From contig NW_021833144.1 in NCBI RefSeq assembly GCF_006345805.1, forward strand, positions 1 to 29,196: a stretch of 29,196 bases of DNA, written 5' to 3'. Positions 1 to 11,130 of this stretch are shown piece after piece. A program made the position numbers and the translations under genes. The notes below the pieces were generated by a model, which saw only the letters and a program-made list of their open reading frames with translations, had not been told where the DNA came from and made no database searches. The number at the start of each line of letters is the position of its first letter. The stretch's first letter is position 1. The DNA is from Octopus sinensis. Lineage: Eukaryota.

Positions 1-211
1 GGCGAAACTTCGAATTTTATTTCAACTTATGTTACACACATATGTGAAATATAATGTGCGTATGTGTAGCTCTAAAGGTGTGAATGCTTGTATGCATGTA
101 TCTATGTTTCATGTGAACACATGTTCGTACAAACAGCCATATCCCACCTCTTTCGTTAAAATTCTACATCTTATCTTGTTTTGTTTTTCCATTTTGTTGA
201 TCTTTCTCCAG

Positions 212-391
212 AACGGTAACCGTCTACAAGGTCCGCTACAGGGAGTACCCATGGTTGCGTCGAGTCCTGTTCGTCACGAGAGTCCCATGCAAGCTAACCC
301 AGTGGAAGTGCAGAGTTACCAGCCGGCGTGGAAGGCCCTCACGGAATTCACGCTTCAAAACGACCTTGACCACCCACCTTTCCAACAACTG
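212..391 (+). CDS. isl: Islet LIM-homeodomain transcription factor, penultimate coding exon (Lhx3-binding domain plus downstream conserved block)
   Basis: Polypyrimidine tract and CTCCAG acceptor end at 211; CTG|GTGAGC donor at 392; 180 nt, phase 0/0. It translates [60 protein letters not shown]. This matches recalled vertebrate ISL1 exon 5 ([50 protein letters not shown]), including the intron right after FQQL. Confidence 0.95.
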
Positions 392-615
392 GTGAGCAAC
401 TTTCTAGCAGATGATGATGATGATGGTGATACGGTTGTATATATTGAAGAGCAGAGATAAAAGCTAACGGTAATTGTCCTTCGTCTTTCGGCTCGCTGTT
501 ACTACAACTGCCCGACATCCAACATGGTGGAGGTGGAGTTGGAGTTGTGCTGTTGACTGGGACCAACCAAACTGACTAGGACATTTACCCCACAATCTAA
601 ACACATTGTACAAAC

Positions 616-830
616 ACATATTTATTTATATATATATATATATATACACACATATGTACACAAACACACACACATATACACACACACACATAGTCGTTAT
701 CTTACAATATGACGAATACATATACACATACATGCACGTACACAAGTAGATATATATTCGTGGAACTCGAAGTTGATAAAGTAAAGAAATCAGCATGTAT
801 ACACTGCGTTTTAAAAGCCTTTCGATAGAA

Positions 831-862
<32 letters not shown>

Positions 863-1571
863 GTATATCATATATATATATATATACTATATATGTATAT
901 GATATATATGTATATATGGATATTATATATGTATGTATATGATATATATATATGTATATATATGTATATATATAATGTATATATATTATATATATATATG
1001 TCTATATGTATATATATATATATGTATATATTCTATATATATATATGTAGTCTATATTATGTAATAATATGTATATATATTGTATATGTATATATGTATA
1101 TATATATATATATGTATATGTATATATATATGTATGTATTGTATATATATGTATATATATATGTATATATACATATATGTATATGTATATATATGTAATA
1201 TATATATGTATGTATATGTATATATATGTATATGTATATATCTATATATGTATGTATAATAAATGTATGTGTATATGTATATATATAAATGTATGTATAT
1301 ATATATATGTATATATATAAATGCATGTGTATATATATATGTATATATATAAATGTATGTGTATATGTATATATATAAATGCTGTGTATATATAGGTTAT
1401 ATATATATGTATGTGTATATGTATATGTCTATGTATATGTATATATATGTTATATATGTATGTCTATATTGTATATGTATATTATATGTATATGTATATA
1501 TATGTATATGTTTATATATGTATATGTATATATATGTATATGTATTATATTATAGATATATGTTTAATATG

Positions 1572-1602
<31 letters not shown>

Positions 1603-1712
1603 GTAATGTATATACTATGTATATATATGTATCTATATATGTATATATATATGTATATATATCTATTATCTATCTATATATATATATATATATATATATA
1701 GTATATATTATA

Positions 1713-1751
<39 letters not shown>

Positions 1752-1821
1752 TTATAATATATTATATATATCATATATATAGTATATATATATATATATC
1801 GATATATATATAAATATATAC

Positions 1822-1855
<34 letters not shown>

Positions 1856-1912
1856 ATATATATATATACATATATTATATATATTATATATACATATATA
1901 TATATATATATA

Positions 1913-1966
<54 letters not shown>

Positions 1967-2786
1967 TACATCATATATATATATATATATTATATATATA
2001 CATATATATATCTATATATATACAGATATATATAATATATATCTAATATACTATATATCTATATATATATATAGATACATATATCTATTATATATAATAT
2101 TATATACATAGATAATATAGTATCATATATACATATATATATATATATATGCAACATGCGTATATATATATATATTATAGATATATACATGTATTTACAT
2201 ATATGTATGTATGTACATGTATATATAGCAGTTAAGCGTTTATTGATATTGTCGTATAGTTCTTTATAGAACACAAATATATATATGCGATTTTACCATA
2301 TCTATACAAACTGTTGAGAGTTTAGGGAACCAGTCTTGGCACTCATTACAAGCCCGTATATATAATATACATGCACATATATATTACATATTTACAGTGT
2401 GTGAGTGGCTTATATAGATATATATACACACACGCGTATACAAATTTATGGTGTATATATATATATATATATATGGATATGTGTATATATATATATTATA
2501 TTGTGTGGGTGTGTTTTTGTGTATATGTGATGTGTGTGTGTGTGTGTATATGGGTGTGTGTGTAATATATATCATATGTGTGTGTGTATATATATATGTG
2601 TGTGTGTGTATATATATATGTGTGTGTGTGTATATATATTGTGTGTGTATATATATTATATGTATATGTGTATAATATATATAATATGTGTGTGTATATA
2701 TATATATGTGTGTGTATATCTATAATGTGTGCATATATATATATATGAGTGTGTGCGTGTGTGTATGTATATATGTATTATATTAT

Positions 2787-2828
<42 letters not shown>

Positions 2829-3226
2829 CGTAGTATATATATATTGTATATATATATATTATGTATATATATAGTATATTATATGCATATTGTATGTATA
2901 TATGAGTGTGTGCGTGTGTGTATGTATATATGCATATATATATATATATATATACGTAGGTATATATATATATATATATGCATATACATATATGCATATA
3001 TATGTATATATCTATTTATATATGTGTATATATTTATGTATGTATATATATGTGTGTTTATATATATATGCATATGTATACATGTATGTATATATATATA
3101 TATATAACGAACGGAATATATATATGCAATATGCACACACATAAACACACAGCACGAGCACAAGCATTCATACATAACATTTATATATATATATATATTA
3201 TATATATATATATATATACACACTAC
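616..3226. repeat. Long compound (TA)n/(CA)n/(TG)n microsatellite field
   Basis: Near-continuous alternating purine-pyrimidine dinucleotides; source of the many Y/I/M/C/V-rich ORFs. Confidence 0.97.
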
Positions 3227-3603
3227 TTTTAGCTATTTTATTTTATATTTTATCTAGGATGAATGTGTTTTTGTGTGCGCGCGTACACTTACCTTTTTGT
3301 TTATCAAACGTTCTCCTTACCTAGCAACTTACCTATTTAATTGTTTATTAATCTGTCTCACTATACAAATACATCCTACTAGTTTGGGTAAATAACAAGC
3401 GAAATAGCACCCAAGCCCGCTATATGTATAAATAGTTCTGTACCAGCTCGTTTGTAAACCCAACCGTATGTCTTTTATACCCGTGTGTCTTTTATACTAT
3501 ATGCAGTTAGTTATACACACACGCACACACACACATATATATATGTATTTATTTATATATATACACACACACATATGTATATACTTGTATACACACACAC
3601 ACA

Positions 3604-3796
3604 TACGAAGGGGTGCTGACAAATTTCTGGCTTTAAGGTTATTGCGAAAGCCAACCTTCCGAGTTCTTTTAGAGGGCTTAGAAAAAGGATCTGCAATATG
3701 TGTGTGAATCTGAGTGGGGAGTATGGTGAATAAAACCATGATTAACTGATCCTCCTGTATTTTCTTTTAAAGACAGGAACATTTTAGCACTTGGTA
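3604..3796 (+). mobile_element. Internally deleted, MITE-like mariner remnant
   Basis: Left end TACGAAGGGGTGCTGACAAATTTCTGGCTTT and right end AAAGACAGGAACATTTTAGCACTTGGTA are degenerate inverted repeats. The interior encodes GLEKGSAICVNLSGEYGE*, resembling mariner transposase C-termini (WxKCVxLxGEYVE). Confidence 0.75.
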
Positions 3797-4209
3797 TTTA
3801 TGCGTTTGTGTGTGTGTGTGTCTTGTATTAAATCCTTGTGAACTACAGAGTATTTTTCGGCATAGAATTATAAAAGATGCAAAGTTAAGTATGTGGAATC
3901 ATCCCAGGCTTAATCGTTCTATAGAGATAAAACATTGGATCCATTGACTAGTTTCATGAAAAAACGAATACAGGTCTTTACTTGAAGAAGTGATTATTAG
4001 ATAATTGATTGCTCTTTTTGTGCATATTAAAAAGGACAACTCTCTTTGCTTTTCCTATTTCAAAAACTTTTGTGATGAAATGACTCAACACAAATAATTT
4101 GCTAAATTATTTTATGACTGACAATGTGGTCATGTAGTTTTGAAAACATTTGCAGAAAAGAGCTAACATCGTCTGTTTTCTGTTCTTCCAAATGCGGAAA
4201 CAGGTGCGC

Positions 4210-4248
4210 GCGCACACAAACACACAAACATACGTATATATAAATATA

Positions 4249-4285
<37 letters not shown>

Positions 4286-4316
4286 TATATATATATTATA
4301 CACACACACACAAACC

Positions 4317-4348
<32 letters not shown>

Positions 4349-4500
4349 ATATAGATAGATAGATTGATAGATAATTGAATATATAAATATAAGCCCACAC
4401 ACACATATATGTATATAAACATACACATATATTTGCATACATATATACACGTATATATTTGCATATATGTATTTACCTATTTTCATGTGCATATATATTT

Positions 4501-4533
<33 letters not shown>

Positions 4534-4730
4534 CATGGAAGCAAAAATAGGTATATATATATTTGCATATATATATATAAATATGTATACATATGCATTA
4601 TATATTTGTATGTATGTATGTATATATCTCTCTATCAATTTTTCAGTCTTTCTTCCTCTTACTCTCCCTCTATCTATCCATCTATATCCCTACTTATTTA
4701 TCTATCTGTCTGTCTACTTATCAATACCCT
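4210..4730. repeat. (CA)/(TA)/(GATA)/(TCTA) compound microsatellite
   Basis: Direct inspection. Confidence 0.9.
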
Positions 4731-5356
4731 TACTCATTGTGACGAAAAGTAAAAAAAAATGAACTTGGGAATTGAGAAAGGAAAAGAAAAATAAGAGATG
4801 AGAGAGAGAGTTGTAAAGAGAGTTTGTGTCAGTAATTTGTTGATTTTGGCCCAAATTCCTTTGGCAAATATTCCATTTCTTTTCCCAATTTGTTAGTCAA
4901 AACGCGATTCCGTTAAATTTATGTATTTAGTGCCTATCAATGTTCTGTTCTTCAATGTTTGAGCAAACATTATTATTATTATTATGCTTATGATCTATCA
5001 TATTATTTTGCCTGTCCCGACATGTGTTCGCCTGTTACGGATCAAGCAACATTATCTATGGAAGAAAATCGGGACATAATGGAAATTTTTTTTTATAAGT
5101 TCGAGGGCTTTATATGAAATAATTTCGAATATGAAACGAAACTGAGAACATAATTGCAATGTCTACCTCTATGTAATAATTTCGAGGGTAATGCTAGAAA
5201 TAGCTTCATTAATGGAACGATACAACAGGGAAAAAAGCTTTAATCTTTAATGTTTTAAAACTATGTAAGGAAAGATTCATAAATTTATGTACCAAAACAG
5301 AAATAGAAATACGTATAGAAAGAATTTCATTGAGTCAAAGTAGTTTTATTCAGCCC

Positions 5357-5392
5357 TTGATGATGATGATGATGATAATAATAATAATAATG

Positions 5393-5436
<44 letters not shown>
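5357..5436. repeat. (GAT)n(AAT)n microsatellite
   Basis: Direct inspection. Confidence 0.95.
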
Positions 5437-5437
<1 letters not shown>

Positions 5438-5643
5438 CTTTCAAATTTGGCACAAGGCCAGCAAGTTCCGGAGGAGGGGATAGGTGGATAACATCGACCC
5501 TCAGTGCTCAACTGGTACTTATTTGTTTTATCGATCACAAGGGCGAAAAGCAAAGTCGACCTGGGTGGAATTTGAACTCAGAACGCAAAGACGGACAAAA
5601 TGTCGCTTAGCATTTTGCCTTCCCTGCTAACATTTCTGCCAGC

Positions 5644-5644
<1 letters not shown>
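5437..5644 (-). mobile_element. tRNA-derived SINE, family C (AGCTGGCAGAA head; GTCGAC...GGTCGAT body; ATT tail)
   Basis: On the minus strand: A-box-like GCTGGCAGAA, B-box-like GAGTTCAAATTCC and 3' GGCCTTGTGCCAAATTTGAAAGC; homologous to the copies at 24738 and 27044. Confidence 0.85.
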
Positions 5645-5691
<47 letters not shown>

Positions 5692-5692
<1 letters not shown>

Positions 5693-5820
5693 GTGCTGTT
5701 TGGTTGTCGCTATTTTCTGAGTTTAAATTCCGCCGAGATCGACTGTGCTTTCATCCTTCGCGGTCGATGTAATCGACAAGCTCCCACCCCAAAATTTCAG
5801 AAAATGAGCAAAAACCAGTA
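5692..5820 (+). mobile_element. SINE family C, partial copy with internal deletion
   Basis: TTCTGAGTTTAAATTCCGCCGAGATCGAC...CATCCTTCGCGGTCGATGTAATCGAC...AAAATTTCAG. The segment between the two GGTCGAT motifs seen in other copies is missing. Confidence 0.75.
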
Positions 5821-5840
5821 TTATGATGATAATAATAATG

Positions 5841-6286
5841 CCTAGGCTAATCGACCTGACAATCATTAAAGAAGGGCAGAAAATACATGTAGACATAGAT
5901 GTAGGTGTTCCCACTGATATAAACATATCTGTAAAGGTATTTGACAAATGAAGTAAATTGAAATACAAATGATGTGGCATCTTGAAGCAAGAACTGTTCC
6001 TGCTGTTAGGTGCCCCATGTATGATATAAAGGGATGTCAGAAACATCTAAACAACATCCCAGAAGAACCATGTCTCAGAGAAATCAAAAAAATTGTGCTC
6101 ACAAGTACTACCCACATCCTTAGAAAAACCCTATCAATTTAAATGTCTATTCGCTACTACCACTTTCACTTTCGCTCCCCAATCAGTAACATCTCTTATT
6201 CTTCATTTGCCCTAGGACGCTGGGTGTGTCTCGGCAAGAAATTGTAACAAACATTCAGATTAAAAATAAATAATAATAATAATAAA
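5841..6286 (+). mobile_element. R4/Dong-type (RLE) non-LTR retrotransposon, decayed 3' end with (TAA)n tail
   Basis: The frameshifted translation RPDLTIIKEGQKIHVDIDVGVP...LREIKKIVLTSTTHILRKTLSI* is a PD-(D/E)xK RLE C-terminus, homologous to 26270-26580; 3' UTR CCCTAGG...CTCGG followed by TAA repeats. Confidence 0.85.
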
Positions 6287-6431
6287 CAGTAAATGCTCAA
6301 ACAGTGAAGAACTAGATGTTATTAGACATTAAACGCAGAATAACTGGAATTTTGTTTTAAGAACAAATCTGAATAACGAATGGAATGGCAAATCTGAAAA
6401 AAAACGAACGTATTTCAAATGCCTGAACAGA

Positions 6432-6590
6432 ATGTTCAATTTTCATCGCGGTCGATTTTTACCATCCATTCTCCTGGGGCATAAATAGCAAAAGTGGTTT
6501 TAAAACAAAAGAAAAAAGACCAGTCAAATACCGGGGTCGATTTAAACAACTCTACTCCCCCTTCTACCCCTCAATATATATGTGAACTTG
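6432..6590 (+). mobile_element. Highly decayed SINE family C copy
   Basis: TGTTCAATTTTCATCGCGGTCGATTTT and CCAGTCAAATACCGGGGTCGATTTAAAC align with the family C B-box and body. Confidence 0.5.
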
Positions 6591-6639
6591 TGTCTGACGA
6601 AATTTACTTCAATTCACAGAGACATTGCCATTATTATAA

Positions 6640-6790
6640 CTATCATTATTGTTTTCATTTTCATAGTTATTTGTTGTTGTTGTTATTATTATTATTATTA
6701 TTATATTATTATTATTATTATATTATTATTATTATTATTTTGCTCGTGTTATCATCATCATTTTTATTTATTTTGCTGTTGTAATAACGT
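6640..6790. repeat. (ATT)/(GTT)/(CAT) microsatellite
   Basis: Direct inspection. Confidence 0.9.
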
Positions 6791-7353
6791 ATTATTTTCT
6801 TTATATATTTTACATCCAAACGTGTGTAGTTGATGTACTCGTATATGTGTAGAGGCATCTCTGCTTTTATATGTATGTGTATGTGTTTGTTCGTAACAAT
6901 CTGTGTACACGTTATCACCATCAACATCATCATATTATTTTGGGCTTTGTTTACCTTTTTGTTGTTTTATTTTGTTCATTTTGATTTTGATATTATTTTG
7001 ATTTCCACTTTATCTGTCTCTGTCACACTTTTCTCTCACTCTCCCTCTCTCTCTCTTTTCTGTCGTACACACAGGTATAAATATACACATACATACATAC
7101 ACTCCCAAATACACACAAGTAAAATATAAATAGGATCACTAATACGTACATACATACATATATATGCATGCATGCACACATACATGCATTTTCGTTAAGG
7201 TAGGATCAATAAAAGAAGAACTCTAGAGATAAATACCATTTAATATACACGGTATTTAAAATAAGAGAAACTAAAAGCTTTTTGCGAAGAGGCACTAAGA
7301 CTAGGCAGATTTATATAACATGATAATATATATATATAAAATAATAATAATAA

Positions 7354-7587
7354 TATGAGGGAATATTATTCCAAACTTACAAGGAAAAATTCAATTTAGA
7401 AACACTAAATCAAATTTCACAAGATATAATATATATATATAAATTAGAAAAAAACCACCTTTCATCAATTTAATAATGAAAAATTAAATTATACCATCCA
7501 GAAAATTACTTAATTTTCTGCATGGTATAATTAAATTTTTCATTATTGAATTGATGAAAGGTGTTTTTTTTTTCTAATTTATATATA
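7354..7587. mobile_element. AT-rich dispersed repeat whose distal 75 bp are duplicated in inverted orientation (fold-back)
   Basis: 7354-7508 is homologous to 16000-16167; 7511-7587 is the reverse complement of 7434-7508. Confidence 0.85.
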
Positions 7588-7690
7588 ATAGCAATAATTA
7601 TAACGATAGAGAATATAGAAACTGGTACATCCTCAAAATTTATTTCCCTTTATCTTACAATGTCATATAGATTATTTTTATGCTTACGAC

Positions 7691-7775
7691 GACCTATACG
7701 TGTTTCCACTGCACAAAGTATGGGCAGTTATACATACAACCGGGCATAATTTTCTATGCAGCTTCGTTCAAGGTC
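7691..7775 (-). ncRNA. Decayed type-I hammerhead-ribozyme-like motif (Penelope-like)
   Basis: Minus strand reads GACCT-TGAACGA-A-GCTGCA...TGCAGT-G-GAAAC-AC-GTA-T-AGGTC. Stems I and II pair; the CUGANGA core is corrupted. Confidence 0.5.
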
Positions 7776-7833
7776 TTTCAACCAGCATGGCTCGAAGCGA
7801 CAGTGAGTGGTAACCGGTGAAGCATGTCAGTAC

Positions 7834-7885
<52 letters not shown>

Positions 7886-8001
7886 CTGTACCAGTATGCT
7901 TGACCTGTTACTATTCCCTTTAGAGTTCGGTAATTGATTCCATATTAAACTTTCATATTTTCCATACTATGAGAAACACACAATATACACACACGCAGCA
8001 G

Positions 8002-8032
<31 letters not shown>

Positions 8033-8048
8033 GATATTTATATATATA

Positions 8049-8090
<42 letters not shown>

Positions 8091-8746
8091 CTCTGTACAC
8101 CCCTTGGGATGGATGCTACTCTAGTAATATAACCGAGTTCTTGTATTAGTCTGACAATATTATAACCAAATGTTTTTAGACACATATGTAGAACTCTGAG
8201 AGGTGTGTATATGTAGGAGTGTCAGCTTCAGGTCATGGGACTGTCTTTTAGTGGTTCACATAAAAGAAATAGGTTGAAGAAGGTTTTGATCAGTCGGTGC
8301 GTCATTAGCTTTAGTTACTTGGGGTTTTGTTCGATTCAATGCTTGATGATATAAAGTTCAAAGTACATACATATATACACACATATATATATTTGTGAGT
8401 GTGTACATGATAGATTAGATAGATAGATAGATAGATAGATACACACACAAGCACATACATATACATGCATAAAAGCATATATCTTACTTCACCCATTGTA
8501 TATGTGTTTGTAGAAATATATATTCATATTTGCATATCTCTACACATTTTCACATAGATATATATAGAGACACACATATATAACCACACACACACACACA
8601 CGAACACAAACACAAAAACACTTACATTCATACAATTACGCAGGCATATTGCTGTTTTTCATCTTTCTTTCATTCTCTCTTATTTTTTTTCTCTCTGTAT
8701 AAATATTTATAGCTATATTTTTTTCTTTCTCTCTATCACACAACAG

Positions 8747-8923
8747 CTGTCCAGCTCGTATGATAGCGTGGAGTCTGAACACCTTTCACAGCAAGGAGAG
8801 AGCATGATCCCGTCATACCTGGGTACACCATTATCTATTGACGACCTATCTCGACATCCTAGCTCGATGTCTTCTGATTTTGGCGGTTCGCCATCGGAAC
8901 TGTCTAGCCCAATTAGCCAGTGA
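8747..8923 (+). CDS. isl: Probable terminal coding exon of islet
   Basis: Strong acceptor and a phase-0 open frame LSSSYDSVESEHLSQQGESMIPSYLGTPLSIDDLSRHPSSMSSDFGGSPSELSSPISQ*. It is a GC-richer, non-repetitive island, Ser/Pro-rich, and ends SPISQ* like vertebrate SPIEA*. Sequence similarity is otherwise weak, so the link to exon 212-391 is inferred. Confidence 0.75.
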   Translation: MSSSYDSVESEHLSQQGESMIPSYLGTPLSIDDLSRHPSSMSSDFGGSPSELSSPISQ

Positions 8924-9715
8924 CACCTATTTGTACATAATGCAGACAGCCATACATGCGTATAAATATGGATATATACGTTCGTGTATATATATACATA
9001 TATACATGTCCTGTGTTCAATTATATATATATATATATACACACATACATATATATATATAATATATACATATATATATATATGGACACGCGCACACATA
9101 ATCACATAATACATACATACATACAAATACAGACTTATCAATATGTATATTTGCATACAAGAAAAAAATAAATATAAGCATCAATATATGCATATATATA
9201 CATATATATATACATATATATATAATATATTTATATATATATATATGAGAATTAAAAAACCATTAACATACATTCGTGAGTGTATGCAATGAAATTACTC
9301 AATTCTACTGCAGGTACAGTAAAAGAGCAGAGAAAATGAATATAAATAACAATAAATATATACATACATATTACGAATGACTTTGAAGAGATGAAAGAGA
9401 AACTCGGAAGTATGGACCTTAAAAGTATAGGCAAAATATTTAACAAAAATCTATTTAAAAACACTTAAACAATAAAATGAAATTCCACTAAAAAAAGACA
9501 AAATAATAAAAAGCTATGGCCACAATTACACTAATTTCTTATTCTAAAATTCTTCCATAAACGTGAAGCGTTTGATTTTTTTTTTCCCTTTCTTTTATTT
9601 ATGTTTTATTTTATCTATTTATTTGTTTTTGCACACATGAAACGATAAAAATCCAGGAGAAATGGAAAAGTGATTAGTGAATAAAAGGTAAATATAACTC
9701 AGTCCAATAAATGGA
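8924..9715 (+). other. isl: Putative islet 3' UTR (end unknown)
   Basis: Follows the TGA at 8921-8923; several AATAAA hexamers lie between about 9167 and 9711. The true poly(A) site cannot be fixed from sequence. Confidence 0.4.
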
Positions 9716-10140
9716 ATACAATATTTTGCTGTAATGAGAAAGAGAAGTGTTATGTTTCGGGCAGGGCGAATATTTCGCTGGTGAAAAGCTTTGAATGAAG
9801 CGACATATCACTTTTCTTTCTTACGTTAAATTTACTTATATTCCATTGAGCGTTTTTCTCTAGTGTTGTAAGGAGGTCTTGATCTCAACGCAGTGGTCAG
9901 CAAAATGGTCGGAGTTTAATTGACGTTCATGCCCATCTGATGGCTATCTTAATCTTATAATTAAAAACCTTCTTACTCTTTGTTTCATATGTATATTTTA
10001 ATTAATTCAAACTAATTTATCCAAATAACTGTAATCGTCGGAGTGGTTATTGACTTAGCTAAGTATAAACGATTGGTGTGGTGTTATACATCCATTTACA
10101 ACAAGCTCACACACTCTCACTGCTTAAAACATTCCCATAT

Positions 10141-10148
10141 GTAGGATG

Positions 10149-10186
<38 letters not shown>

Positions 10187-10258
10187 ACTACTGCTACTAT
10201 TTTACTATCACCACCAGCACCACCAACACCAACAACAACAATAACAATAACAACGGCT
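10141..10258. repeat. (CTA)/(CCA)/(CAA) microsatellite
   Basis: Direct inspection. Confidence 0.9.
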
Positions 10259-10509
10259 AAAGGAACCATAATATAATGGATAAGTCAATGACTTTCTACA
10301 GTTGTAAGAAATAACAGCCTAATCTCTCAGCAAAAAACTATAGGACTTATTGTATAGCAATCTTCAGTAGTCTTATTCCTGAAAATGATCAGTGATGGTC
10401 GTGGTTAAAATATCTTTGATAACTGATGTGCTTGTTCAGGCATGACTGACCTAGGGTTAAACAACAGCAACCGTCACTTCAGCAACACAGCCAATTCTAA
10501 AGCTGCACG

Positions 10510-10860
10510 AAAATCATCATCGATGTCATCATCACCATTATCATAGTCATCTTCATAAATATTGAGATCATCATCATCATCACCAACCTCAATTTCATCT
10601 TCATCCTCTTCATTGACGTCAACATCATTATCATCAACAAGAACGATATTAGTAAAACCGACACAATTTATAATGGAATTAGGAAAACAACATAGGCAAG
10701 ACCAGACAACAGAAACTTCTAGAATAACAACTACAACAGCAGCAACAATCAACATCATCGTCATCATCATCATCATCGTCATCACCATTATCATCATTTC
10801 ACAATCGCATCGCTGCTACCACCGCTGTCATCCTCCTCCCTCACCGCCACCCTCATCATG
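10510..10860. repeat. Degenerate (CAT)/(CAA)/(CCT) low-complexity tract
   Basis: Direct inspection; explains ORFs 10474-10797 and 10562-10861. Confidence 0.85.
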
Positions 10861-11024
10861 AACAGGATGATTTTAGCAAACCTTTGAAAATGTCGGTCAC
10901 AACTATAATAACAAACACGCTAAAAAAAGTCTTTGCAGCTCTTATCTACCTTTCTTTAGCTTTAATTTCATTTCTCTACTCAGCGTGCCACTCATATGTA
11001 TAATAAATATAATTCTCCCTCTCT

Positions 11025-11039
11025 CTCTATTTCTCTCCT

Positions 11040-11090
<51 letters not shown>

Positions 11091-11092
11091 AT

Positions 11093-11130
<38 letters not shown>

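Larger units (their letters stand above)
392..8746 (+). other. isl: Last islet intron (8355 nt, phase 0, GT-AG)
   Basis: GTGAGC donor at 392; pyrimidine tracts at about 8655-8697 and 8717-8734, followed by CAACAG ending at 8746; interior is mostly microsatellite and TE fragments. Confidence 0.72.

Noticed and set aside
29-211. N-terminal part of ORF 29..460
   Set aside because: It is intronic sequence upstream of the acceptor at 211; Islet similarity starts only at 212.
457-578. Frame containing QLPD, as in the human ISL1 tail
   Set aside because: It needs a purine-rich acceptor after a 65-nt intron and has no other similarity; probably chance.
626-3232. Many 60-140 aa Y/I/C/V/M-rich ORFs
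   Set aside because: They are translations of (TA)/(TG) microsatellites. The same applies to similar ORFs across the window.
5013-5078. 8-bp inverted repeat TGTCCCGA/TCGGGACA with a GAACACATGTC segment
   Set aside because: It hints at a hammerhead, but no CUGANGA core is recoverable.
8932-8939. Pumilio element TGTACATA just after the stop codon
   Set aside because: UGUAHAUA matches occur throughout the (TA)/(TG) tracts, so it has no specificity.
8713-9156. Minus-strand 147-aa ORF
   Set aside because: It is the antisense shadow of the islet terminal exon plus microsatellite.
10474-10861. Acidic or Ser-rich ORFs on both strands
   Set aside because: They are produced by CAT/GAT/CAA trinucleotide tracts; no splice or homology support.
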